From assembly GCA_021108435.1 (NCBI GenBank), contig JAIOQY010000198.1, positions 5,507-69,506 of the forward strand: a stretch of DNA of 64,000 nucleotides. Direction: 5' to 3'. The position numbers and the translations under genes are program-made. The notes beneath the pieces are model-generated. The model was not told the DNA's origin. It saw nothing but the letters and a program-made list of their open reading frames with translations, and made no database searches. Shown here in pieces: positions 39,279-48,444 of the stretch (its first letter is position 1; the number at the start of each line of letters is the position of its first letter). The DNA is from Candidatus Aegiribacteria sp. (GTDB lineage: Bacteria > Fermentibacterota > Fermentibacteria > Fermentibacterales > JCC-6).

Positions 39279-41231
39279 CTAAACATCCAGGTTTCTCACT
39301 TCTGCCGCATGAAGCTGTATAAATTCTCGTCTTGGTCCTACATCATCACCCATAAGAACTGAAAATATGTGACTGGCCTCCATAGTGTTCTCAAGCCGAA
39401 TTTTTAGAAGTAATCTTGTTTCGGGATCCATAGTCGTTGCCCATAACTGATCCGGATTCATTTCTCCAAGACCCTTATACCGCTGTATTACTAAACCCTG
39501 ATCTCCGAATTCCTTTGTAATTTCTTTTCTTTCTTTCTCGTTATACGCGTAACGCTTAGTTTTACCTTTCCTAATCAGATATAGAGGTGGTTGAGCAACA
39601 TAGATGTAACCTTTTTCAATCAGCTCTATCATATGTCTGTAAAAGAAAGTCAACAGAAGAGTGCGGATATGCGAGCCGTCTACATCTGCATCGGTCATTA
39701 TTATGATCTTATGATATCGAACACTGCTTATATCGAAATCTTCTTCGATTCCTGTTCCAGCGGCAGTGATTATAGTTCTTATCTCATTGTTGTTCAGCAC
39801 TTTTCCAAGCTGTGCCTTTTCAACATTGATTATCTTGCCTCTCAGTGGAAGAATTGCCTGAAAATGCCTGTTTCTTCCCTGTTTTGCTGAGCCTCCAGCT
39901 GAATTTCCCTCTACAATAAACAGCTCTGCCTCTTCAGGTTCATTTACGGTACAATCCGCCAGTTTACCCGGCAGTGCAGCTGTTTCAAGAGCTGATTTTC
40001 TTCTTGTAAGCTCTCTCGCTTTCTTCGCGGCCTGTCTTGATCTGTTATTGAGCAAGCACTTCTGCACCACTTTTCGTGCTATAGAAGGATTTTCCTCAAA
40101 GTATTCGGCAAGACCTCTGTTCACAAGGGATAACACAGCTCCCTGTACGTTCCTGTTACCCAGCCTTGTTTTAGTTTGACCTTCAAACTGAGGGTCAGGG
40201 ATCTTAACACTGATTACAACTACAAGCCCTTCTCTTACGTCACTGCCTGAGAATGTATCATCCTTGTTGGTAAACATCTTATTCGTGGATGCGTAATCGT
40301 TCAGAGTTCTTGTAAGCGCTGACTTGAGACCTGAGAGGTGAGTTCCTCCATCAATCGTGTTGATATTGTTCACAAAGCTGAAAATGTCTTCTTTAAATGC
40401 CTTGTTGTACTGTAACGCTACATCGATCAGGAGAATTCCTTCATCACCCAGTTCAATTTCTCCTGCAATTCTTACAGGATCATGCAGTGTATGATTTGCC
40501 TCGTTAATATAAGAAACAAAAGAGCTTAATCCGCCCTCAAAACAGAATTCATCCTTTTTTGTATCTTTCGCAGTACGTTCATCATTCAGAAATATTTCTA
40601 ATCCGTTGTTAAGATATGCAAGTTCTCTTAATCTCCCGGACAAAGTTTCATACTTAAATTCAGAAGTTTCAAATATTTCCTTATAATCAGGCTTGAATCT
40701 TATTTTTGTTCCAGTAAGATTTGTTTTCCCCTGCTTTTCCTGTTCTGCCTGTGTTTTACCTCTTCTGTATTCCTGAAAATAGATATAACCATCTTTATGA
40801 ACCTCTACTTTCAGCCATTCCGACAGAGCATTCACAACACTTACACCGACACCATGCAGGCCTCCTGAGGTTTTGTACGCTGAATTATCGAACTTTCCTC
40901 CAGCATGGAGAGTAGTCATTACTACTTCAAGCGCAGGTTTTCCTGTTTCGTGCATACCGACCGGTATTCCTCTTCCGTCATCGTCAACAGAAACAGTTCC
41001 ATCTGCATGCAGTGTAACATCAATTCTTGTGCAAAACCCTGATTGCGCTTCATCAATACTGTTGTCAACAACTTCCCAAACCATGTGATGAAGGCCTGTC
41101 TGGGATGTTGAGCCGATGTACATGCTAGGTCTTTTTCTTACATGCTCAAGACCTTTTAGAACCTTAATAGAATCAGCGTCGTAATCTCTGTTCTTTTTGT
41201 CGTTTTCGGTCAATACTTCTCTGCCTTCCAC
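39279..41231 (-). CDS. gyrB: DNA gyrase subunit B
   Basis: 650 aa. DSIKVLKGLEHVRKRPSMYIG, the GHKL ATPase blocks and Toprim EGNSAGGSA. GTG start at 41231, with TTG 41213 as an alternative. Either start overlaps the upstream DUF721 gene. Confidence 0.95.
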   Translation of the reverse strand: MEGREVLTENDKKNRDYDADSIKVLKGLEHVRKRPSMYIGSTSQTGLHHMVWEVVDNSIDEAQSGFCTRIDVTLHADGTVSVDDDGRGIPVGMHETGKPALEVVMTTLHAGGKFDNSAYKTSGGLHGVGVSVVNALSEWLKVEVHKDGYIYFQEYRRGKTQAEQEKQGKTNLTGTKIRFKPDYKEIFETSEFKYETLSGRLRELAYLNNGLEIFLNDERTAKDTKKDEFCFEGGLSSFVSYINEANHTLHDPVRIAGEIELGDEGILLIDVALQYNKAFKEDIFSFVNNINTIDGGTHLSGLKSALTRTLNDYASTNKMFTNKDDTFSGSDVREGLVVVISVKIPDPQFEGQTKTRLGNRNVQGAVLSLVNRGLAEYFEENPSIARKVVQKCLLNNRSRQAAKKARELTRRKSALETAALPGKLADCTVNEPEEAELFIVEGNSAGGSAKQGRNRHFQAILPLRGKIINVEKAQLGKVLNNNEIRTIITAAGTGIEEDFDISSVRYHKIIIMTDADVDGSHIRTLLLTFFYRHMIELIEKGYIYVAQPPLYLIRKGKTKRYAYNEKERKEITKEFGDQGLVIQRYKGLGEMNPDQLWATTMDPETRLLLKIRLENTMEASHIFSVLMGDDVGPRREFIQLHAAEVRNLDV

Positions 41232-41517
41232 TTTTTCCAGGCATAATCGCTTTTATATCAGTAAAAAGCTCCTCGCCTGAAATCCTGTTTAAATTCGAGA
41301 GTATCTCTTCTTTTCTTAACCTTATTTCCATTCCGGCAGCCGGATGAAGAATCCTAACAAGAATTACCGATCTGTCACAGCCCGCAGGAATGGATAATTC
41401 TGCAAGCTCTGCTCCCACAATATCACTCCAGCAATCAAGGATATTTCTTCTTTTCTGGTATTTACCAAGTTCTAATCTTTTGAAGACATCAGTTATAAGA
41501 GTTTCGATCTTCTTCAT
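41173..41517 (-). CDS. DUF721-family protein (DciA-family candidate)
   Basis: 114 aa. ...WSDIVGAELAELSIPAGCDRSVILVRILHPAAGMEIRL... resembles DUF721 proteins commonly found between dnaN/recF and gyrB. Basic C-terminal tail. Confidence 0.6.
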   Translation of the reverse strand: MKKIETLITDVFKRLELGKYQKRRNILDCWSDIVGAELAELSIPAGCDRSVILVRILHPAAGMEIRLRKEEILSNLNRISGEELFTDIKAIMPGKSGRQRSIDRKRQKEQRLRR

Positions 41518-41554
41518 ATGACAACCGCTAATTATTCAATTTTTATCATTAATC

Positions 41555-42685
41555 TCATTCAGTCTGGCTCTCCAACGTCTTTGAGAGTTTAACCGGCATT
41601 ATCAGAGCCAGGTATGAGTCATCACCTTCAGTTTCTTCTTCATCGTTTAATAGAACAGCCGTATTGCTGTTCTTCATCCTCATTACAATTCTATCACAAC
41701 TCATATTACGAAGAATCTCCATAAGGAAATTACCATTAAAACCAATCTGGAATGGAATTCCGTCATATTCAGAAATAAGTGTTTCTTTTGCCTCACCCGC
41801 ATCAGCACTTTCCGCCTGAATAATTATTTTATCTTTTTCAAGAGAGAACTTTACCTGATGTGTTGATGGATTGGCCATGGTTTTGACACGTCTCAATACA
41901 GATATAAGATGTTCTCTTTCTGTATGAAGAATACAGTCATTATCTATGGGAATCACTTTCCTGTAAGGTGGATATTCACCATCTATAGTGCGGCTGAATA
42001 TCATTGTATCATCAAATTCAAAAGATATCTGAGAACCCTTGAAACGAATTTTTACATCACCATCAGTTGATAGTTTTGCAAAAAGATTAAGTGCTTTCTG
42101 TGTAATAAGTGCTTTAATATCATTATCAGATTTAATACTTCCAAGGCTTATACAACTTAATCTATGTCCGTCTGTAGCAACCATTTCAAAACCGTTTTTT
42201 CCTATGTCAAGCAATGCACCGTTGAGCGTTGCTCTGTAATCATCCTTGGCAACTGCGTATGATGTTTTCTTTATAGCTTCAGAAAAAACATCTACAGGGA
42301 CTACACACGGTTCCGTACTGCTTTTCGATGGAAGTGAAGGAAACTGCTCACTTGAATTGCCGCTTAAAGAAAATGATCCCTGACCACAGTTTATTGTTAT
42401 TCTGTTACCTGTAGCACTCATTCTTACCTCTTCTTCAGGTAATTCACGTACAATTTCATGCAGTTTTTTTCCTGGAAGTGTTATTGAACCTGCAGTTGTT
42501 ATAGAAGCAGGGATGATGGTTATCACTGTTGTATCAAGATCTGTCGCAGATAATTTCAGCCTGTCTCCTTCTGTTTCAAGAAGGACATTTGTTAAATATG
42601 GAAGACTGCTTCTTGCGGGAAGCGCAGTAGCTACAGAATTCAAACCTTTCAGCAAATCGGAATGGTTAACAAGAAGCTTAATCAT
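41555..42685 (-). CDS. dnaN: DNA polymerase III beta sliding clamp
   Basis: I prefer ATG 42685 (MIKLLVNHSDLLKGL...) with GGAGG 7 nt upstream. The result is 376 aa with three-domain clamp length and conserved position after dnaA. Confidence 0.93.
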   Translation of the reverse strand: MIKLLVNHSDLLKGLNSVATALPARSSLPYLTNVLLETEGDRLKLSATDLDTTVITIIPASITTAGSITLPGKKLHEIVRELPEEEVRMSATGNRITINCGQGSFSLSGNSSEQFPSLPSKSSTEPCVVPVDVFSEAIKKTSYAVAKDDYRATLNGALLDIGKNGFEMVATDGHRLSCISLGSIKSDNDIKALITQKALNLFAKLSTDGDVKIRFKGSQISFEFDDTMIFSRTIDGEYPPYRKVIPIDNDCILHTEREHLISVLRRVKTMANPSTHQVKFSLEKDKIIIQAESADAGEAKETLISEYDGIPFQIGFNGNFLMEILRNMSCDRIVMRMKNSNTAVLLNDEEETEGDDSYLALIMPVKLSKTLESQTE

Positions 42686-42727
42686 AAGTTTTCCTCCAGC
42701 CTGATGAAAACAGTTATAAGAGAACAA

Positions 42728-42888
42728 TAATGATAGTTATTATACACGTGGATATGTAGACATGTCACGTGTTATATGAATACATGTAAGTTCATGGCTG
42801 TTGAAAAAATGTTGAAAACTGAATAGTGAAAAATGAGTTATCAACAATGAATTATTTTCAACAGTTCAATAGTATAATTATACACAGT
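42728..42888. other. oriC candidate part 1: AT-rich dnaA-dnaN intergenic region with DnaA-box-like motifs
   Basis: TTATACACG at 42740-42748, overlapping the inverted GTGGATAT (42748-42755). TGTTGAAAA at 42799-42807 and 42810-42818. TTATCAACA at 42838-42846. TTTTCAACA at 42855-42863. TTATACACA at 42878-42886. Confidence 0.6.
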
Positions 42889-44238
42889 TCATATCGAGGT
42901 GAGTTTCCTTCTCAATTCGGCTATAGTTCTTTCAAGTTCGGGATCATGCTTTTTCAATTCATTTATTCTATCAATGGAATTAAGAACGGTTGAATGATCA
43001 CGGCCAGAGAAAAAAGAACCTATTTCCTTAAGTGACATAGAAGTGAGTTCTCTAATAAGAGACATGGCAACCTGCCTTGGAACAAGAACACTTCGTTTTC
43101 TCTGTTTTCCTTTCAACTGACCGGGAGAGACATTGAAAATCTCTGCAACTGCAGAGGTTATATTTCCTGCAGTAAGCCTTCTTGTTATTGAACCGAGTGA
43201 AGAACGGATCTCTCTCTGGGCGATATCCATGTTTATTTCACATTGTGTTAATCGTGAAATTGCAGCGAGTCTATGTACTACACCTGCAAGCTGACGAACA
43301 TTCTTTCTAATTGAAGAAGCGATAAAATCAAGGACATCATGTGAAACAGAAAATTTTTCATCTCGAAAAAGAAGTTGAAGAATTGCCAATCGTGTTTCGT
43401 ACTCAGGAGGTTTAATATCTGCAACAAGTCCCCATTGAAAACGACTGATTAACCGTTCATGAACATCCTGAAGCTCATGAGGCGGTCTGTCTGAAGTAAG
43501 TACTATCTGTTTGCCGTTCTGATGAAGTTCATTGAATCTATGGAAGAACTCTTCCTGGGTCTGTTCCTTTCCCTTTAGAAACTGAATGTCATCCATCAGT
43601 AGATAATCAATATTGTGAAACAGCTTCCTGAATTTAGAGAAGTCCTTCTGTAAAACAGATTTGATATAACGATCAACCATCAGTTCAGTGGACAGATAGT
43701 TAAATGTTCGACCTTTTCCTTCCTGACGAAGGCTATGTGCTATTGCTTGAATAAGATGTGTTTTCCCAAGCCCGACACCACCATAGATGAATAGAGGATT
43801 GTAGCTGGCTGCATTACTGCCGCGACTAACTGCAAGGGCTCCTGCATGAGCAAGCTGATTATTAGGACCAACAACGAAGTGATCGAAAGTATAATTAGAA
43901 CGTAGAAAAGCCGTATCGGATTGGCTGGAAGCGCTTCTGGCGGAAAGAGAGGTAGAAGATGAAGGACCTGGTTTAGCAGGATCACCGATAAATTGCAGCG
44001 CAAGATCTTTTCTACCTGAGATATCACGAATGAGTTCTTCAAGGAATCCGCCGAATCGGGATTTTGCATGACCTGCTACAAATGAATTTGGAAAACGGAT
44101 TACGAGAAGACTGCCATTAAGATCTTCGAAACTTGATTTTTTCAGCCAGGCCTCAAATTCAGTTGGTTCGAGGGAATTCTCCGCTTCGTTGAGACATTGA
44201 ATCCATAACTCGGCGGGGTTAAAATTGCCCATCTTCAT
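42889..44238 (-). CDS. dnaA: Chromosomal replication initiator protein DnaA
   Basis: 449 aa. Walker A GGVGLGKTHL, the AAA+ sensor regions and a C-terminal DNA-binding domain (...FSGRDHSTVLNSIDRI...). Confidence 0.97.
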   Translation of the reverse strand: MKMGNFNPAELWIQCLNEAENSLEPTEFEAWLKKSSFEDLNGSLLVIRFPNSFVAGHAKSRFGGFLEELIRDISGRKDLALQFIGDPAKPGPSSSTSLSARSASSQSDTAFLRSNYTFDHFVVGPNNQLAHAGALAVSRGSNAASYNPLFIYGGVGLGKTHLIQAIAHSLRQEGKGRTFNYLSTELMVDRYIKSVLQKDFSKFRKLFHNIDYLLMDDIQFLKGKEQTQEEFFHRFNELHQNGKQIVLTSDRPPHELQDVHERLISRFQWGLVADIKPPEYETRLAILQLLFRDEKFSVSHDVLDFIASSIRKNVRQLAGVVHRLAAISRLTQCEINMDIAQREIRSSLGSITRRLTAGNITSAVAEIFNVSPGQLKGKQRKRSVLVPRQVAMSLIRELTSMSLKEIGSFFSGRDHSTVLNSIDRINELKKHDPELERTIAELRRKLTSI

Positions 44239-44554
44239 TCCAATCGTTGGTGGAAGTCTAACGTAATAAGTTACAGTGATTTGTCATATATATCCACAGG
44301 GTAATCCACATAAACCGAGTATCGTATAGTATTGATAAACATATATATGACAGATTAACAGTAATTTAGTACAAACATAATGTTGAAAACCTTTTTCAGA
44401 TGTTTTGATGTTACCGCAAATACTTGACAGAAAGCAGTCTATTGGCTAACTTTCATAATCGGTGAACAAAGAAAATAATTAATTAACTTACTGATTATAC
44501 TGTTGCAGAAATCCAGACTGCGTCAAGTCCGGTTTTCGAGAGAGAGAGAAGGAA
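44239..44554. other. oriC candidate part 2 plus divergent dnaA/rpmH promoter region
   Basis: TATCCACA at 44291-44298, TAATCCACA at 44302-44310, TGTTGAAAA at 44381-44389, and an AT-rich stretch at about 44330-44380. TTGACA at 44424-44429 faces rpmH. Coding strand switches here. Confidence 0.6.
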
Positions 44555-44689
44555 ATGAAAAGAACATTTCAGCCGAGTAATATTTCAAAAGCAAGGCGAC
44601 ACGGGTTCAGAGCAAGAATGGCCAGCAAGAATGGCAGAAAAATACTGAATACAAGGCGACGTAAGGGAAGAAAGAATTTAATTCCCTGA
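44555..44689 (+). CDS. rpmH: 50S ribosomal protein L34
   Basis: 44-aa ORF, too short for the ORF track: [44 protein letters not shown]. Purine-rich SD GAGAGAAGGAA. Confidence 0.95.
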   Translation: MKRTFQPSNISKARRHGFRARMASKNGRKILNTRRRKGRKNLIP

Positions 44690-44700
44690 TATCAGCGGTA

Positions 44701-45057
44701 ATGAAGAATACCCTTAAAAAGGGATACCAGTTCAGAAGGATCCTGAGAACAGGTAATGTTTTCAGAGGAACTTCTATAAGAGCGGTGTACAGATTGAATT
44801 CCATGGGTATTATCCGCATGGGATTTTCATTGTCCGCAAAGAGCGGTAACGCTGTTAAAAGAAATCTTATAAGAAGAAGATTGCGGCATCTTTCAATAGA
44901 AAAAGGAATGAACACAGGAGCAGATGTTGTTATAATGCCTGAAGGTAAACTTTTGAAGGATAACTGGGAGAATCTTCGGAAGGATTTCATGGAACTACTG
45001 GTTTCTATAGAGAAAACACGGAAAACCATGCGGAAAAAGATAGATAAGAAAGAGTAA
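44701..45057 (+). CDS. rnpA: Ribonuclease P protein component
   Basis: 118 aa, basic, with a NAVKRNLIRRRLR motif (RNR motif). Follows rpmH. Confidence 0.9.
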   Translation: MKNTLKKGYQFRRILRTGNVFRGTSIRAVYRLNSMGIIRMGFSLSAKSGNAVKRNLIRRRLRHLSIEKGMNTGADVVIMPEGKLLKDNWENLRKDFMELLVSIEKTRKTMRKKIDKKE

Positions 45058-45096
45058 TGATAAAACAGAATAGCGTACAAAGAGAAATCAACCAGG

Positions 45097-45339
45097 ATGA
45101 AAAACAGTATTACCGTAATGCTTATTGCAGTTGTTAAAACTTACAGGAAGATTGTTTCACCATTGTTTCCACAGAGCTGCATTTATACACCAACCTGCAG
45201 CAGATATGCGGAAACAGCATTAACAAGGTATGGAGCGATAAAAGGAGGATGGCTAACTGTTCTTAGAGTTCTAAGGTGTCATCCATTTAAAAAAGGCGGA
45301 TACGATCCCGTTCCTGACAAATGGGAGAATCGCAAATGA
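45097..45339 (+). CDS. yidD: Membrane protein insertion efficiency factor YidD
   Basis: 80 aa. YRKIVSPLFPQSCIYTPTCSRYAETAL...CHPFKKGGYDPVP. Confidence 0.93.
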   Translation: MKNSITVMLIAVVKTYRKIVSPLFPQSCIYTPTCSRYAETALTRYGAIKGGWLTVLRVLRCHPFKKGGYDPVPDKWENRK

Positions 45340-46946
45340 GTGATCAAAAAAGGCTGCTTATAGCAGCAGTTCTAATGGCGGCAGTGTTGTTCATCAGCTG
45401 GCAGTTCATGGGGAAAGCCGCACCGGAAACCGAATCGATAAGCACACAGAGTACAATTGAAGAGCAAAGAATTCCTGAACAAGCAGTTATTCCTGAAGAA
45501 ACAGTGACAGTAAAAACCATTCCAGTGGATACTCTGTCAGTGAAAGTATATCAGGATACACTCATTACTGATGTTACCGAAAAAGCATCGGATGAGCCGG
45601 ATGAAAGATCAATTACGGTAATAATCAGGGGTGATAGCGAAGATTTAGTACATGCGGAGTTAACAACATACGGCGGAGCAATTAGAAGCTGGGAACTTCC
45701 GCAGTTCGAAGATATGCCTGGTGCCGGTGAAGGAAACTGTATAAACTTCAATGGAAACAGCTGGCTCGATAGAGATGTAGTATTTGAAACTGATTCACCG
45801 GATACTCTAATAATAGATGAAGAACCAGAGACACTTGTATTGTTCACAGATGACGAAAGAGAAATAAGATATACATTTGTACCTGATCATTACGGGTTCA
45901 GTATTGAAACAATCGGATTTGAAGAAATGATAAGCATTCCAGCAGGAATACTCCCTGTGAGTGAGATGAATGTAAATACATCAAGATATTTCAAAGCGCA
46001 ATGGAACGCGGAAAAGGTTAAAGACAGAAAATCCGGTGATATCAATGAAGTAGAGCAGGTTGGAAATGTCAGATGGATTGCGGCAAGATCGCATTACTTC
46101 GCGATTATTCTGATGCCGGAATCATTCGAAAGGGCATATGGATATATCTTCCCATCAGGATCGGATGAATCTCCATCAATTGGAATTCAGGACACAAGGG
46201 TAAATGTATTCGCTGGACCCCTTGATTACGGAAGATTGCGGAAACTTGGAGGAGACACCAGCAGACTGGTGGATTTCGGATGGCCATTCATAAGGGAAAT
46301 AGGAAGATTGCTTTTCTGGTTCTGTACTAATGTAATTGCTACAATAAATAACTGGGGAATAAAGATAATAGTCCTTGCGATAGTGCTGAAACTGGTGCTT
46401 TTGCCTCTTACAAGCAAGAGTTTCAAATCAATGGCAAAGCTTAAACAGGTTCAACCGAAGATGAAAACCCTTCAGGAGAAATTCAAAAGTGATCCGAAAG
46501 CTCTCCAGACGGCAATGCAGAAACTATACCGTGAAGAGGGTGTCAATCCTCTGGGCGGATGCCTCCCGATGCTGATGCAGATGCCGGTGTTCTTTGCCCT
46601 CTACAGGGTACTTGCGAACTCGGTTCAGCTAAGAGGCGCTCCATTCATGCTGTGGATTCAGGATCTTTCACATCCTGAGATCCTCATCAGACTTCAGCCC
46701 CCTATACTGGGCCTGCATGGAATAGGACTGCTGGCTGTACTTATGGGTGTAGCAATGTTCTTCCAGCAGAAAATGACAATGACAGATCAGAAGCAGAAAG
46801 GAATGATGTACATGATGCCGATATTCATGACATTCCTGTTCATGCGCTTTCCAGCTGGTTTGACTCTTTACTGGTTCACTAATAATCTGCTGACAATAGC
46901 CCAGCAGGAGATGATCAAGCGAAAGCTGGAAAAAGAACAGACCTGA
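45336..46946 (+). CDS. yidC: Membrane protein insertase YidC
   Basis: N-terminal TM, a large periplasmic domain and the C-terminal 60-kDa insertase core (KMKTLQEKFKSDP...LYREEGVNPLGGCLPMLMQMPVFFALY). ATG 45336 overlaps the yidD stop (ATGA). The ORF-track start is 45321. Confidence 0.93.
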   Translation: MSDQKRLLIAAVLMAAVLFISWQFMGKAAPETESISTQSTIEEQRIPEQAVIPEETVTVKTIPVDTLSVKVYQDTLITDVTEKASDEPDERSITVIIRGDSEDLVHAELTTYGGAIRSWELPQFEDMPGAGEGNCINFNGNSWLDRDVVFETDSPDTLIIDEEPETLVLFTDDEREIRYTFVPDHYGFSIETIGFEEMISIPAGILPVSEMNVNTSRYFKAQWNAEKVKDRKSGDINEVEQVGNVRWIAARSHYFAIILMPESFERAYGYIFPSGSDESPSIGIQDTRVNVFAGPLDYGRLRKLGGDTSRLVDFGWPFIREIGRLLFWFCTNVIATINNWGIKIIVLAIVLKLVLLPLTSKSFKSMAKLKQVQPKMKTLQEKFKSDPKALQTAMQKLYREEGVNPLGGCLPMLMQMPVFFALYRVLANSVQLRGAPFMLWIQDLSHPEILIRLQPPILGLHGIGLLAVLMGVAMFFQQKMTMTDQKQKGMMYMMPIFMTFLFMRFPAGLTLYWFTNNLLTIAQQEMIKRKLEKEQT

Positions 46947-47166
46947 TCTGAAAAGGTTTAGAGAGAACACCGCAGATGGTGAAATATGACGGTAAATCCG
47001 CATATTTCAACAGGTTGCTAAACGAAACGGTGTAGAAGCGCTTGCAGACAAGGCATACGAAAGAGGTCGACGCAGATGTATTGTATATACTTCAAGGAAG
47101 GCCGATTGAGCATAACGCAGTATGCGAGTGTCTTATGCAACGTTGCAGTAGTAACTTTGGTGAGAT

Positions 47167-48444
47167 ATGCGGATTAAAGTCTCACCTGAGATAATATGCG
47201 CACCTGCCACACCTGAAGGACATTCAGCGCTTGCAGTGATAAGAGTAAGCGGAAACGGTTCCTTCGACCTTATAGAGAGAATAATGACTCTGAAAACCGG
47301 AAGACTCCGGGGAATGAGAAGAAAACTTGGAATTATCTCTGAAAAAGGAGAGGTTATAGATGAAGTTATAGCTTTTTCATGGCCCGCAGACCGAAGTTAC
47401 ACAGGGGAGGAAATGGTCGAGATAACATGTCATGGAGTTCCGGAAATAGTCAGAAGGATTATGGATATTCTCATAAGACATGGAGCTGGAAAAGCAGATA
47501 ACGGTGAATTCACGCGAAGAGCATTCTTATCGGGAAAGCTGAATGCAATACAGATAATGACACTTGCTTCAATCTGGAATGAAAGAAGAGAAAAAGGGAA
47601 TATATCAGGCAGATTCGGCAGGGAATGCGAAGAATTCATGATTCGTATAGAAAAAGCAAAAGAGTTGCTTGAAGGTGATATTGAATTCGGGGAACCTCAT
47701 CTTGACTCTGAGAGAATAGTAATTCTAAAGGAATTTTCTGCATTACTTAAAGCGTCAGAAACACTCGTGAAGAGAGCAGGAAAAATCGAAGCGGGTCAGA
47801 AGGTTTTTATAATGGGTCCTGTCAACTCCGGCAAATCAACACTTTTCAATATACTGGCAGGAGCAAAAGCTCTTGTGTCTGATATTCCGGGAACAACAAG
47901 GGACGGGACAAGAAAGAACATTGAGATCAGAGGACGGGTTGTTCTTCTATGCGATACTGCTGGAAGCGGTGGTGAAGGCCTTGATCTACAGGCATCAAGG
48001 ACGATATTGGATGAAATACAGGAATTCGACAAAGTAATATGGATGTCGCAGGAAGGAATAGAAAAGCCTCCTGAAGAGCTTACAGGTAAATCTCCTGAAA
48101 TCCTGGAAGTGGCAAGCAAAAGCGACCTGAACACAGCTTCTGCCAGGTCTTCGGGGGAGAATAGTAATAAGATAATGAATCTGTCTTCTTTAACAGGAGA
48201 AGGAATACATTCAGTAGAAGAATGGATTTCTACATCCCCCGGAAACATGTCTCTATCAGGAGCAGTAGACAGAATAGTGAACCATATATTGAAAGCGGAA
48301 GAATTTGTAACTGGAGATGAATTCGGTATAGCGTCGGAGCATCTTAGTGAAGCGGAAAGAGAGATACGGAGTATACTAGGAAAAGGAGAGAATCTGACGT
48401 TAAGCGTAGAAAGAGCTCTTTCAAGCATGTGTGTAGGGAAATGA
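47167..48444 (+). CDS. mnmE: tRNA modification GTPase MnmE
   Basis: 425 aa. N-terminal THF-binding-like domain, G-domain GPVNSGKST / DTAG, and the C-terminal CVGK tetrapeptide. Confidence 0.9.
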   Translation: MRIKVSPEIICAPATPEGHSALAVIRVSGNGSFDLIERIMTLKTGRLRGMRRKLGIISEKGEVIDEVIAFSWPADRSYTGEEMVEITCHGVPEIVRRIMDILIRHGAGKADNGEFTRRAFLSGKLNAIQIMTLASIWNERREKGNISGRFGRECEEFMIRIEKAKELLEGDIEFGEPHLDSERIVILKEFSALLKASETLVKRAGKIEAGQKVFIMGPVNSGKSTLFNILAGAKALVSDIPGTTRDGTRKNIEIRGRVVLLCDTAGSGGEGLDLQASRTILDEIQEFDKVIWMSQEGIEKPPEELTGKSPEILEVASKSDLNTASARSSGENSNKIMNLSSLTGEGIHSVEEWISTSPGNMSLSGAVDRIVNHILKAEEFVTGDEFGIASEHLSEAEREIRSILGKGENLTLSVERALSSMCVGK

